Shown: positions 37,401-51,236 of the stretch, one piece after another | How positions within the stretch are numbered: the first letter of the stretch is position 1 | Layout: every line of letters starts with the position of its first letter | From: Mobula birostris | Lineage: Eukaryota | Length of the DNA: 64,000 nt | Reading direction: 5' to 3' | NCBI RefSeq assembly: GCF_030028105.1 | Contig: NC_092379.1 | Span: forward strand, 130,298,065-130,362,064 | Made by a program: the position numbers and the translations under genes | Notes under the pieces: generated by a model | Database searches by the model: none | What the model was told of the DNA's origin: nothing | Seen by the model: only the letters and a program-made list of their open reading frames with translations

Positions 37401-37861
37401 TCTACTTACAATACTGAGTGACATTTATCAACTTTCTTTTGAATATTTCTCTTGAATAAGCTCTCTGAATATTTTCTAATGTAACTCAGTCTTTACATCA
37501 TGGATTTTTAATCTAGGAATTGAACATCAAACCACTGAAATATTGCTATAATTTCACAGATCAGTCAACTGAGTTCATTGGAACTCACGTGGTCCTTTTA
37601 CTGCTTCTCCGTTACTAAAGTTCTGCCATAACTTTTGTAGGAAATTTATCTAAATCGTTTTTATCCATTACAATGAACAAAACAGTTGGACTTGTATTAT
37701 TTTGCAGGATGGTGTACAGAGTAAACACTTTATAAAACGTGCAAATAGTTCTTACAATATTGGGCTAAAGACTAAAATCTCAGCAGATCAAGTGGCATCT
37801 ACAAAGGGAGAAACGGTTAATGATTCAAGTTCTGTGCTTTATGTCTTTTGTTTCTTTCCAG

Positions 37862-38026
37862 GACCGCCCTACCATGCAGCTGTACCAGCCTGGGGCGCGG
37901 AGCCGCAGCCGCTTAGTGGCGTTTTCAAAGTCTAGCGAAAGCAGCGTAAAGCCAGCAGAAGAAAGCGAGGAGAAAAAAGAGCCTGAGGCTTCTGGAAACA
38001 TTGCTGAAAAGGCAAGCGAGGAATGA
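37862..38026 (+). CDS. UPF3B: UPF3B last exon (DRPTMQLYQPGARSR..ASEE*)
   Basis: ttccAG then the EJC-binding motif DRP(A/T)MQLYQPGAR; stop TGA; total CDS 1398 nt = 465 aa. Confidence 0.96.
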   Translation, partial: DRPTMQLYQPGARSRSRLVAFSKSSESSVKPAEESEEKKEPEASGNIAEKASEE

Positions 38027-39482
38027 AAAGGCTGCTGCCCATTCAGTGATTGAGAAATCACAGTATGCCAGCCGTATGGGGAAATTCAAAAGTGCCCTTA
38101 TTGGAGATGAGCTTGGAGAGTGAGAATGGTGCGTTTTGCTTGTCAGATTAAAACGTTTGAAACTGGTAGTTTCCCAATATTAAGAATGGAGGTTTCTTTT
38201 GCCATCACAGTTGTGACAGGTTACTGATGTGCAAGATTGCTACAGTTGGAGATAACTGGGATGTAAATTAGATGTGCTTACTAGACTGATGCTAGTAACT
38301 CTGAAAATGTACTAGCCAACAGCTTTGATAATGAGCTAATGATATCCCATTATTTACTTCAGGGGAGGCAAGTAGAAAGGATGTGTTCTGGTGGCTACAG
38401 CAGAATTACACCAGAAAATGCTAATAACTTACCTGAGCCGTAAGTTGATATAAATTTTAGTTCCACATTGCAGGTTAGAATATGAGAGACCAAATTCTTT
38501 GTGGCCTTATAGATTCCATCTGTGGTGGGAAGATCAATGAAAAGGCCCAAGGGAGTAAAATAAAATTGTTCTTTCATACTTGTCATAGGTGCTGTATCAT
38601 TAGCTTTCTACCTGTCTAAGGTATATCAGTTGCAATTTGTATTGGAGATCATGTAATACTTCAGTTTTAAATCTAATCAACTGGTTCCAGTGATTTGTGC
38701 TTAAAATCTAAGTGTACTTTAGTATTGCTGTGCCAGTCCAGTGCTCATGATCCAAATTGTGTTCGATCATGAACGTGAGGGTAGTTGAAAACGATGATTC
38801 ATTAAGGGACAAGTATGAATCGATCTGCTCTCTGTGCAACTTCCTCTTTCTTTCCTGTGCCTTGGGAAGTCCCCTACGATGTTGTTCCCTAGTCAGCCGA
38901 TAGAGGGTGCCAGTAAGCTTGGTAACCAGGAGTCTGTTGTATTAGGAAATCTGAGGGGTGTGTGTGTGTGCTTTTTAAACAGTTGCTAGAATGGTAATCA
39001 GATCCTTGAGTTGGGAAAATGTTGATTTGAGTTTTTGTTTTGAGAGAGCGGTGTGGCTGACAGAACAAGAACAAACCTGTTTGGTAACTAATCCTTTAAG
39101 ATTGTTAGTGATTTACCAAGTAAATGGATTTGGATCATGTGTAGTAAAATGAGAAAGAAAATTTTGGAGCCTGTTTCTTGATCCTGATTTGTAACATTGC
39201 CAGTTCCATCATTTCATGTTTAGTATCTCATAGATATTGTTCTTCAGGATCTGAGGTATTGGTGAAATCAAAAACAAATGCTAAGCCTGTATCAAACTTT
39301 TTTGGCTTTACTTTTAAAACAAATGTTGCAAATCTGTTTGTACATTCCAAGAACAGAGCTGTTGTAATAATTCCATCTATAGAAAGCTGAAACTTTTACT
39401 ACATTCTCAAGGCAATATATTCTTTCCTATTGTTTCTTGTGTGTTTGTTTGTATTTTTCAATAGTGTTGAACACTTGCGATC

Positions 39483-39488
39483 AATAAA
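39483..39488 (+). terminator. Probable UPF3B polyadenylation signal
   Basis: AATAAA after U-rich upstream sequence and before a GT-rich tract; implies a 3' UTR of about 1.47 kb. Confidence 0.6.
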
Positions 39489-42369
39489 TACCCATGCCAA
39501 GGTGTTGAGTCTTAATTTATCCAATCCTCAGTAGTTTAATGGCATTTTAGACTACTATAGAATCTTGCAAAAGGAGGCAGCATATACCTTAATCTTAAAG
39601 AGCTGTTTTCATTTATAGACTTTATTCCTATGGCCTTTGAAAGTAGTCCTCCTTCAAGTAATACTGTAAAATTGCTGTGAAATCTGTTTCTGTAGTATTC
39701 CAGTCCTGAGTGTAAAGGAATTTGAGCATTTTGTCCACTTGTTTAAAACTGTTACTCTGGTTCCCATCCATTTACTGGTGAAAATGGTTTCTCCGTATTT
39801 GTTCTATCAAAATCCTTTGAAGCCAAAGGTTATTGGGTTATCAGTAATAGAAGTTTGCAGTGCAATAATCCTAGCACCTGGTGATCCATGTAATACCCAG
39901 CACATAATACAGTCTTTATCTCTATAGTAACTTGCAAAACACTTCCTGAAAGACTCCAGAAGGATCTTTTAACGAAGCCAATGAACTTTGTTTTGAAAAC
40001 TATTGTACAGATACTATTAACTGTCCCCTACACAAAAGAACAGTGTAGCACATGAATGGCCCTTCAGGCCACATTGTCTGTGCTAACCATAATGCGAAGC
40101 TAGCTCCGTCTGCAATGATCCATATCCCTCAAGTCCCTGTCTTTTATTATACCTGTCTAAATACTATCATAACTGCTTCTATAACTTCACCTGCTGGTGG
40201 TTTGAGGGACCTGCCATTCCATTTTTTTAAAACTTGGCTGGCAAATCTTGAAGCTTCTCCCTCATTCTAAACCTATACCCTCTGATATTTGACATTTCTT
40301 CCCTGGGGAAAAGACTGATCATCCACACGACTATGCCTTGCTTCACTCATATCATGAAACATATAAACCTGTATGAATATCATACCTAGATCTCATTAGG
40401 CAGAGAAGTTTGGTGACACAGTAATTCTTATGGGATTAGGATCCGGGAGTCTTGACTATTGATCCAGAGAACTTGAAATTGAATCCCACCATGGTAGTTT
40501 TGAAGTCATCATTAAATAAATATGGAATTTAAAGATAAAATAGTGTCAGTCATACCAACTGTGAAACATCTAAATGTTGTTTGACATTGAATTAGATATT
40601 ATAGTCTGCAGTTCCTGTTTATACAATGAATCTCATCAATGTATTCTTAATATACCACCTGCTGCAAAGTTATGTGTCCTTTTCACTCCTGATATTCTGT
40701 GGAGGGAACTGTAAATTTTATGCCCCAGATTTACTCCAGATAACTGTTGGTGGTTACCATGGGTTCTAGTTGGAAAGTGCTGATTGGTTTGCTAGCTCCT
40801 GAACTGACTGCCTACAGCCAACCCAATCACCTTGTGCTGACGGAAGCCCAAATCTCTAGTTGCATGCATCATTAAGCCACCTCTGCCTCTTAAATGGCCT
40901 GATTTTACCCAGAGTTACAACACAGAACAGTGCAGCACAATACAGGCCCTTTGGCTGACGATGCTACGCCAACCTTTTAAACTACTCTTAAGATTAATCT
41001 AGCCTTTCCTTCCCACATAGCCATCTAAGCTTAAAACAACATCTAATGTCCCTTTCCTAAAGGAAATCCACATCGTTGTTGTCTCCAGCCTGTCTGTCAC
41101 ACTAGACCAGCCAATGTGGTTGACTCTCCCTTTTTAAACTCTCAGTAATCTCCAACTCCTGTGACTGGATTCTTTCAGAGAGACGCAAGCCACAACACAA
41201 TTCAGGTGCTGCTTTGTTTAGCATGTTGCAGATATTGTGGTTCTGAAAATCAAAAACATACTTCCCAAAAAGCAAGTAATGTTTCTTTTCCTTTGCATTA
41301 AGAGACAATGGGAAGAAAATATTAAAACTAAAATCATTGACGTCATCTGTAAAATTGACTGATTTAAGGTTTGTTTGAAACTAGCTGTAGTAGGAGGGGA
41401 ATGATATTCCTTGCAGACTACAGTTCTCAGAATGTAGAGCAATTTAGTGGATTGACTGATAGCTTTTCCTTTGTGGTCTATCAGTTATCTTAATGATGGG
41501 TTTCTCTTGCTGATGATCAATAGTGTCGATGTGGTTTCACTTGCTGCTGCATTTCGCAGTTGGTGTTTGAAAAAACTATTATTATTATTGTTTATTGTTC
41601 CTTAACCATAACAAATCTCTAATTAAGACTCAGATTTACTGGGATTACATCAGGGATGAGGGAGTTGAGCCTGGTGGAGAGAGAGAGAGAGAGATGAGAT
41701 GATAGACAAGATCATAAAGCAAATATTCAAAGTGGTAAAAGTATTTGATAAGCAAATATGATGAAGCAAGTTTCTGTAGTAGAAGTCATTAATTTAAAAC
41801 ATTTGAGGAAAGAACTAAAGGTGAAAATGAAGAAACGTCTCTTCGTAAAGTAAATTCTTATGGGAAGTGCTTTCCTCTTGAATAAACTCCTCAGGCTTAG
41901 AAAAATAGAGGGCTATGGGTAAAGCCTAGCTAGTTCTAAGGTAGGGACATGTTCGGCACAGCTTTGTGGGCCGAAGGGCCTGTATTGTGCTGCATGTTTT
42001 CTGTGTTTCTGAACATCAAAGCAGGTGCAGAGTTAAACCAGCTAGCCCATTGAGTCTGCTAATCATTGGAAGATCAAAGCTGGTTTCAAAGTTCAAAGTA
42101 AATGTATCATCAAAATACACATATGTCACCATATACTACCTTGAGATTCAATTTCTTGCAGGCATTCACAGTAGAACAAAGAAATACGATATCAGAGAGG
42201 AAAAAATAGACCAACAAACCAATATGCCAAAATAAGACATTGTGCAAATATAAATAAATAATACTGAGATTGTAATTTACAGAGTCCTTGTATCTGTAGG
42301 CTGTGGAATCAGTTCAGAGTTGAGGTAAGTGGAGTTATCCACGCTGGTTCAGGAACCTAGGAACCTGAA

Positions 42370-45300
42370 CAGCAGCCAATCAGTGAACGGGAGCGTGAGC
42401 AGCAGAAGTGATGTCACATAGGTCCACGATTGAAGATTTAAAAAGCAGCGCTTCATGGCAGTTTTCGGAGTTTGAACTGCGGCTAATCAGTGGGATTTAT
42501 TAGCAAGGGCAAATAAAAGTAAGGCAGGGGTTTTAGCTCATCAGGCTCGGGCAAGGTAAGTATCTGGTAAGTTTCTTTATTCTTCAATCCTCATCTGTTG
42601 GGCATGGAGGAGTGAGAGATACTCCAAGGGCATTGTTATGTTCTTTGTGTAAGATGTGGGAATTCGGGGAGACCTACAGCTTCCTAGATAACCACATCTG
42701 CGTCTCAGCGAATGTGTTAAGGAACTGGAACTGCAGCTCATATGGGAGAATGAGGAAGTGATAGACAGGGAGGTAGTCACCCCTCGTTGCAGGAGCAAGT
42801 TAACTAGATAACTGTTAGGTGAAGGAAGGGAAATGGGCAACCAGTATGGAGTACCCCTGTGCCATTTTCCTCTAAGTACAGTTTTAGATACTGTTGGGGG
42901 GACAACCTAATGGGGAGGAGCTGGGTCTCTGGTCTGAGTCTACCACTGTGGCTCACAAGAGAAGAGAGGTAAAGAGGACTGAAATAGTGATAGGAGATTC
43001 CATAGTTAGAGGAACAGAGACACCCAGATGCTATGTTGCCTGCCAGGTGCCTGGGTCAGGAATGTCTCAGGTCCACTGCGTTCTAAAGGGGAAGGGTAAG
43101 CAACCAGAAGCCTTGCTACATATTGGCACCAATGTCATCAGTAGGAAAGGGAAGGAGGTCCTGAGGAGAAATTTTAGGAGCTAGGTAGAAAGGGAAAAGT
43201 AGGGCTGCCTGGGTAGTAATCTCTGGATTGCTGCCTGTGTCATGTGCCAGTGAGGGTAAGAATGGGAGCAGTTGGCAGATAAATGTGTGGTTGAAGAGCT
43301 GGTACAGGGAGCAGGGGTTCAGATTCTGGATCACTGGGATCTCTTCTGGGAAGGTACGGCCTGTACAAAAGGAACCTGAAGGGGACCAATATCCTAGCAG
43401 GCAGGATTTAAACTAATTTGGAAGGGGGATGGGACAGTTGGTATACAAATCGGCAGCGTATAGTGATACTGCTAGCAAGAACAGGCTGATGATGGGGCAA
43501 AATTGCAATCAGTGGGATGAGTTGCAATGTAAAAGGCTGGGGGACAAAATTGAAAAGGGTGATGAATACAGGACTGAAGATGTTATATCTGAGTGGATTC
43601 TACTACTACTACGTCGACTCAGGCCTTGCCTTGCTACGGGTACCACGTGGCCCAGTACTACCTGTCTCTGGTCGGGTTGTCAGTGACTCAACCAGCTCAC
43701 CCCCGGTGCACTATAGTTAACAGGGGAGGAGGGTGTGTAGGCACCCAGCAGGACTAAAAACAAAACCTGTCAAAGGGCGGATGAACTCTTTGTGAGTCAA
43801 CGGCCATCTACTGTCCGTGTGAGCAGTGGCGCACCACACAGTCTTCCATTTTGTGCCTTGTAAGGTATGAGTGGATTCAGTATATGGAATTAGGTAGATG
43901 AACAGTTACAGACTGGCAAGTATGTGGGCATCACTGGTCATGGCTGAAGGAAGATTATAGCTAGGAGCTTAATGTCAAAGAATACACATTTTATCAAAAG
44001 CATAGACGGGTAGGCAGAGATTGACGTGGCTCTGTTGGTTTTAAAAAAAAAAAAATGAAATCAAATCCTTAGAGGTCTCAAAGGACTGGAAGGTGTAGAA
44101 TCCTTGTGGGTAGAGCTAAGAAACTGATGAGAGTCGTATACTAGTCTCCGAACAGTAGCCAGGATGTGGGCAACAAAGTTTACAACAGGAGATAGAAAAT
44201 GTGTTTCAAAAGGGAAATGTTACGATAGTCATGGGGGTGTTTCATTATACAGGTAGATTTGGAAAATCAGGTTGGTGCTGCATCCCAAGAGGGGGAGTTT
44301 ATAGAATGCCTACAAGATGGCTATTAAGAGCAGCTTGTGTTTGAACCCACTAGGAGATCAGCTATTCCGGATTTGCTGTTGTGCAATGAACTGGAATTGA
44401 TTAGAGAGCTTAAGGTAAAATGCAGTGATCATAATATTGAAGAATTCATCCTGCAGTTTGAGAGGGATAAGCTCAAGTCAGATGTATCAGTATTACAGTG
44501 CAGTACAAGGAATTACTGAGGCATGAGAGAGAAGCTGGCCAAAGTTAATTGGAAGAGAACCCCAGCAGGGATGACAGCAGAGCAGCAATAACTGGAATTA
44601 CTGGGAGCAATTTGGAAAGCGCAGGGTAGATGGATCCCAAAGAAGTGTTCTAAAGGGAGGATGGCATAACCGTGAATATAAAGAGTAAAAGAGAGGCAAG
44701 AATATATATCAGACTACTGGAAAATGTTGCTGGAGATGGGGTACAAGGAAATGATGGATGAACTGTGGAAGACTCTAGCAGTATGCCAAAAGTCTGAGTG
44801 TTGGGGACATAAGCATGTGAAGTTGTCATTACTCAGGAGAAGGTTCATGGAAAATTGAAAGGTCTGAAGGTAGATAAATTACCCGAGGTAGATGGTGTAC
44901 ACCCCAGGGTTCTGAAAGAGGTGACTGAAGCAATTGTGGAGACATTAATTAGATTGTTCTAAAATCAATAGATCTGGCATTATTCTGGGAACTGGAAAGT
45001 TGCAAATGTCACTCCACTCTTCAAGAAGGGAGAGTGGCAGAAGAAAGGAAATTATAGGACAGTTAGTCTGACCTCTGATTGGGAAGATGTTGAAGTTGAT
45101 TGTTAGGGATGTGGTTTCGGAGTGCTTGGAGGCACATGATAAAAGAGGCCAAAGTCAGCATAGCTTCCTTAAGAGGAAATCTTACTTGATACATCTGTTG
45201 AAATTCTTTGTAGAAATAACAAGTGGAATACACAATAGAGAATTGGCTGATGTTGTGTACTTGGATTTTTAGAAGACCTTTGACAAGGTGCCACACATGA

Positions 45301-46240
45301 GACTGCTGAACAAGTTAAGAGCCCATGGGAAAGAGGGAATTTTCTGTTCACTGCCAGTGAATAATGGTGTTCAACAGGGGTCTGTGTTGGGACCACTTCA
45401 TTTTACATTATATGTCAATGATTTGGATGACAGAATTGATGGCTTTGTGGTGAGGTTTGTGGACAATACAAAAATAGGTGTAGGGGTAGATAATGTGGAT
45501 GATTCAGAAGGGAGGCTGCAGAAGGATTTAAAATGTTCTCTGAATGGAGAGAAAATACAAAAATCCAAGGTGCAAAGGGCCTGGGGAGACCTCGTGCAGG
45601 ATTCCCTAAAGGTTAATTTACTGGTTGAGTCAGTTATGAGAAAGGCAAATACAACTTTATCATTCATTTTGAGTGGACTAGAATATAAAAGCAAGAATGT
45701 AATGTTGAGACTTTATAAGGCACTAGTAAGTCCTCACTTGGAGCATTGTGAGCAGTTTTGGGCCCCTTTCTTAGAAAGGAAGTACTGACATTGGAGAGGA
45801 TTCAAAGAAGTTCATGAGAATAATCCCGGGAATGAAAGGGTTACTATATGAGAACTCATTGATGGCTCTGGTCCAGTACTCACTGGGATTCAGAAGAATG
45901 AAGGAGGACCTCATTGAAACTGATCAAATGTTGAAAAGCTCAATAGAGTGGATGTGGAGAGTATGTAGTACTGCCCACTTAAAATGAAGATGAGAAGGAA
46001 TGTCTTTAGCTGGAGAGTAGTGAGTCTGTTGAATTCATTACCACAGGGAGGCCAAGTCATTGGGTATATTTAAGGCAGAGGTCTATAGGTCCTTGATTGG
46101 TCAAGGCATGAAGGGTTACAGGGAGAAGGCAGGAAATTGGAACTGACAGGTAGATGGATCAGCCATAATGAAATGGTGGATCAGACTCGATGGACCAAAC
46201 AGCCTAATTCTGCTCCTATATCTTATGATCTTATTGTTCC
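42370..46240 (+). mobile_element. Near-full-length degenerate CR1 LINE (5' UTR, esterase-type ORF1, EN-RT ORF2)
   Basis: ORF1 SGNH motifs VIGDSIVRG and LHIGTN; ORF2 EPTRRSAIPDL, VVYLDF, QGSVLGP and FVDNTK; tail 'tcttatgatctta'. Confidence 0.88.
43601..43867 (-). mobile_element. Unclassified 267-bp retroposon with (GTA)n tail and 11-bp TSD
   Basis: TSD tgagtggattc (43590-43600 and 43868-43878); (tac)4 at the left end. Confidence 0.7.
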
Positions 46241-46569
46241 TAAACCCATAGGGCCTCAGACCCCTGTGTCTCCCTCCTGATGGCAACAATAAGAATGGAG
46301 CATAGCCTGAATGGTGGGGGTTCTGGATGGATGCTGTGTTCTAGTGGCAGGTCTCCTTGGTGTTAGCTTTAACTCCTCTTTCTTCTGTTCTCCATAACCT
46401 TTGCGTATAAACAGTTCCCTAGGTGTGATCTCAAAATTCAGTATAGTGTGCCACCTACTTTTATACACTAACCCCTTTACAATCAAAATTCAAAGTAAAT
46501 TTGTTGCCAAAGTATATATGTCACTATAAATACCCTGCGATTCATTTTCTTGTGGACATAATCAATCAA

Positions 46570-46845
46570 TGTGGAGTACATTCAGCCAGAGACTCATTCC
46601 ACCGAGATGCAACACTGAGCGTCATGGGAAGTCATTCCTGCCTGTGGCCATCAAACTTTACAACTCCTCCCCTGGAGGGTCAGACACCCTGAGCCAATAG
46701 ACTGGTCCTGGACTTATTTCCATCTGGCATAATTTACATATTAATTACTTATGATTTTATATTGTTATATTTATACTCTATTCTTGATTGGTGCAACTGT
46801 AACGAAACCCAATTTCCCTCGGGATCAATAAAGTATGTCTATCTA
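46570..46845 (+). mobile_element. Rex1-like LINE 3' end
   Basis: FSQRLIPPRCNTERHGKSFLPVAIKLYN; tail 'gggatcaataaagtatgtctatcta'. Confidence 0.6.
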
Positions 46846-46849
46846 AATC

Positions 46850-47770
46850 CATAATAGAATCAGTGTTCAAAAGACAAACTGTGCAAATAAAGAAAGATAA
46901 TAATAAAAATAAATAAGCAAGAAATATTGAGAATATGAAATAGTCCTTGAAAGTGGTCCCTAGGCTGTGAAAACATTCAATGATGGGGCAACTGAAGTTG
47001 AATGAAGTTGTCCCCTTTGGTTGAAGAGCCTGATGGTTGAGGGGTAATAACTGTTCCTGATGGTATGACTCCTGAGGCTCCTGCACCACCTTCCCAATGG
47101 TAGCAACGAGAAGAGAGCTTGTCCTGGGTCGTGGGGGTCCTTGATAATGGATGCTGCTTTTCTGTGACAATACTTCATGTAGATGTGCTCAATGATGGGG
47201 AGGTCTTTAGCTGTGATGGACTGGGCTGTATGGACACTTTTTCTAGGGTTTTCCATTCAAGGGCGTTGGTGTTTGCTTACCAGGCTGTGATGCAGCCAGT
47301 CAATGTATTCTCCACTACCCATCTACAAAAGTTTGTCAAAGCTTTAGATATCATGCGAAATCTTCACAAACTTCTAAGGAAATAGAAGTGCTGCTGTGCT
47401 CTCTTCGTAATTGCACTTGCATGCTGGGCCCAGGACAGGTCCTCTGAAATAATGACACTCAGGAACTTAAAGCTGCTGACTCTCTCTACCACTAATTTTA
47501 TGGAGAACTAGCTCATGGACCTTTGGTCCCTTCCTCCTGAAGTCGGCTCCTTGGTCTTGCTGACACTGAGTGAGAGGTTGTTATGACACCACTCAGCCAG
47601 ATTTTCAGTCTCTCTCCTATATGCTGATTCATCACCACCTGATTCTGGCTATGGCGGTGATGTTGTCAGCAACCTTGAATATGGCGTTGGAGCTGTGCTT
47701 CGCCATGCAGTCATAAGTGTAGAGCAGGGGACTAAGCACACAGCCTTTTGGTGCACCAGTGCTGATGGAT
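46850..47770 (-). mobile_element. Rex/Babar LINE 3' part
   Basis: HRKAASIIKDPHDPG..LPLGRW..NSYYPSTIRLFN. Confidence 0.75.
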
Positions 47771-47859
47771 AAGGATAAAGATATCATTTGCCTTTCAAAT
47801 TACTTCTTGTCTGCCAGGCACATATGTCAGGAACATTCTGCAGTCTCTCTCCATTGAAA

Positions 47860-48480
47860 ATAATAGCATTTCTTTCAAGGGGAATAGAATATAAAAGCAA
47901 GGAAATAATGCTAAGCTTTTGTAAGAAACTAGTCAGGCAGCACAGTATTGTCAGCAGTTTTAGGGCCCGTATCTCAGAAAGGATGTGCTGTCATTGGAGA
48001 CGGTCCAGAGGAGGTTCACGAGAATGATTCTGGGAGAGAAGGGGTTAACATATGAGGAGTGTTTGGCAGCTTTGGGTCTGTACTCACTGGAATTTGGAAG
48101 AATGTAGGAGAGATCTCATTGAAACCTATGGAATGTTGAAAAGATCAGATAAGCTGGATATGGAGAGGATGTTTCCTCTGGTGGGGGGTATCCAGAACTA
48201 GAGGGCACAGCCTCACAATTGAGGAGTGACCTTTTAGAACAAAGGTAAGGAAGATTTTTTTAGCCAAAGAGTGGTGAATCTGTGGAATGCTCTGTCACAG
48301 ACTGCAGTGGGGGCCATGCGGAAGTTGATCGTTTCCTGATCGGTCAGGACATCAAAGGATATGGCGAGAAGACATGAGTATGGCGTTGAGTGGGATCCAG
48401 GATCAGCCATGATGGAATACCAGAGCAGACTCAATGGGCTGAATGGCCTAATTCTGCTCCTATATCTTATGGTTTTATGG
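47860..48480 (+). mobile_element. CR1 3' fragment
   Basis: AFLSRGIEYKSKEIML; 3' UTR with 'tcttatggttttatgg'. Confidence 0.75.
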
Positions 48481-49919
48481 ATTCACTTAACTCATCTTTG
48501 TTTTCACTCCTCAGAGGGTGGTGAACCTCTGAAATTCTGTGTCCCAGCAGGTGATAGAAGCTAGGTCACTGCAAGTATTTAGAGTGGAGCTGAATAAATA
48601 TTTGACAGAGCAGGATGCTTCTTTGGTCAGTTTGGTAATAAGGCATAGTGGTTAGCACAGCACCAGCAACCCAGGTTCAGTTCCCCCTGTCTGTAAGAAG
48701 TTTGTAGCTTCTCTCCATGACCACATGGGTTTCCCTGTGTACTACAGTTTTCTCCCACATGCCAAAGATGTCAGGGTTGGTAGGTTAACCAGGTGATGTG
48801 GGCTTAGTGGGCTGGGAGGACCTGTGTGTGTCTCTAAATAAATATTAACTAAATTAATTTCATAATGTATTTGCATAAAAGCATTTTTGAAACTAACATA
48901 TCCATTGAATACCAATAATATTTAGTCACAAGACAGAAAGTCCAAAATATCTGAAATGTTAGCAGTGGCTAAATGGTCCTGTCAGTTCAATCCATAAATG
49001 TCAGTTGGTATTTGCAACTAATGCAGAATCTTATTGCAATGGCTGGAGTGATCGAAGTTATTGATGTTCCAAACCTGGCACCAATGCAAAACATTTTCCA
49101 TTCCACGGAGTAGGTTCTTCCGCACTCCACAACCCCGATGAAACCCTGACCTAATCACGGGACAAAGACCCTTCGTCGCTCAGACCGCGACGCTACCATG
49201 GCGCCATGTTTACGATCACTTGTATGAAGTAGCTATTTGTGATTAGACGGATCTAGTTTGAAACAGCAGTGTGTTTCTCGAATATAGTGCTTATCCTTAT
49301 TTAACACCAGTCTTTATAGAATAACTATTTTGAAGAGGCAAGAATCATTAAATGTTTTAACTATTGGCCAGCGGTACTGCACGAAGGTGCATACAGCTCG
49401 CCTGGGAAACCTAGCTAAAGTGAAACGAACTTAAGATAGAATTGTTGTGTAGCTTGCATCTCAGTGCAGAAGTTGTAATGTAAATACACAGGGCTTGTAT
49501 TTATTTCATTCTTCAACTGCAGTTCCCACAACCTAGATCACTCGAAAGATAAGCACCTGGTAATGTCCCAAGTCATAAGATCCTGAAATGTAAATAGGAA
49601 TCTGTTCCTGCCTCACTGCGTCTGAAGTAAAAACAAGATTCCCATTCAACAGCACTGCGAACCTTCCAGGATTTGTGTGGCACACCACCACATTCACAAG
49701 TGCAACAAGGGATTTACAGTGAATGCTGGGTTTGTCAATGATGCCCACATCCTGCGTTTGAATGAAATGCTTATGTCGCAAATCATCCAGTATGCTTGGC
49801 AACTGGCCTCTTCAAAATTAACCCATTGCATTCTTGAATGCAACAAGTACACTTGTGATTTAAGCACATGTTCCCTGTTTTTCAGCATGTAGGACAGAGG
49901 GTGATAGGCAGCGTTCCAG

Positions 49920-50250
49920 GTGGCTCAGTAGCGTGGTGGTCAGCATAACACTTTACAGAGACAGTGATCATGATCGGGTTTCAATTCCCAGCGCTGGCTG
50001 TAAGGAGTGTGTATGTTCTTCCCCGTGACTGTGTGGGTTTCCTCCGGGTGCTCCAGTTTCCTCCCACCTTCCGAAAACGTACAGGTTAGGGTTAATAGTT
50101 ATGGGCATGTTATGTTGGCGCTGGAAGCGTGTTGAAACTTGCGGACTGCCCCCAGCACAATGTTCCGACTGTGTTGGTCAATGGCACAAACAACAAATTG
50201 TACAGTATGTTTCAATGCACAGGTGTCAGATAAAGCTAATCTTTCATCTT
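49920..50250 (+). mobile_element. V-SINE
   Basis: tRNA-like head and V-domain 'gtgtgggtttcctccgggtgctccagtttcctcccac'; related copies at about 32335-32580 and 48640-48840. Confidence 0.7.
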
Positions 50251-50502
50251 TAATGTGATACATGGATAGCTATCAAAAATGTTGCACCCTGGTTGGGAAT
50301 TTTGTAAAAAGTTTAAGACGCAGGGAAAACTGGGCCAGTCCTGAGCTGAATCTCTAAATTTAAAAAAAATGAAATTAAAAATCAGAAAATGCAATACAAT
50401 TGAGACTTTTCAGCATACAATGGACGAAAAAAACTGATCAAATTTAATTAGCATATCCTTTATCAAACTGAAAAAAAAGTTAAACCAGCTGTTTATTAAA
50501 TT

Positions 50503-50690
50503 GCAAACACAAGAGATTCCACAAGTGCTGGAAATCCAAAGCCCCACACACAAAATGCCAGCAGATCAGGCAGCATCTTTGGAGAGGAATAAACAGTCGA
50601 CATTTTGGGGTGAATAGCCTTGGCCATGGATTCATTTCCATAGATGTTGCCTGACCTGCTGAGTTCCTCCAGCATGTTGTGTGTTTTGCT
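50503..50690. mobile_element. Second palindromic Penelope-derived element
   Basis: Opposed terminal repeats; flanking direct repeat ctgtttatta (50489-50498 and 50691-50700). Confidence 0.7.
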
Positions 50691-51236
50691 CTGTTTATTA
50701 GATCACTTGCATCCCATATCTTCAAGCTGCTTAACACCACACTCGATGCAAAATTAAACAGACTGAAGCACGACGAATCAGAAATTACTGGCCAAGATTC
50801 AGGACAGAGGGCTGTGGAGTGGAGCAGAAATAGTAAACCATTGGTTGTGATGGTATTTTTTAAAACCTGTTTTTCAGTATGTTTGTATCCAATATGAAAG
50901 TGAAACTACAATTTTCCCACAATATTTTGAAAATTTAGTATTGTATTATTTCAGATCTAGTATATAATGTCTCTACCAGCACTTTGCAACTAGCTTAAAC
51001 AAAATATTTCACAATAAATCTCATTTTCCAGTTGCTTTTATTGTCTCCATTATTAATCCTAGTCTTTATAATTGATACTCAATCACACAATCAAATTACA
51101 CATAGTAATAAGCCATCTTGAAAAAGATCGTCAGCTACACACTTATGGTACAAAATAGAGATTTCTAGTACAAAAGTTCCTGAATGAAGTAAAATTTAAA
51201 CCGATTTTTTGGAAAACATACTGAAAATAAATATAA

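Noticed and set aside
11284-38026. Assignment as UPF3A
   Set aside because: The MKE.KE N-terminus and linkage to NDUFA1 and SOWAHD favour UPF3B.
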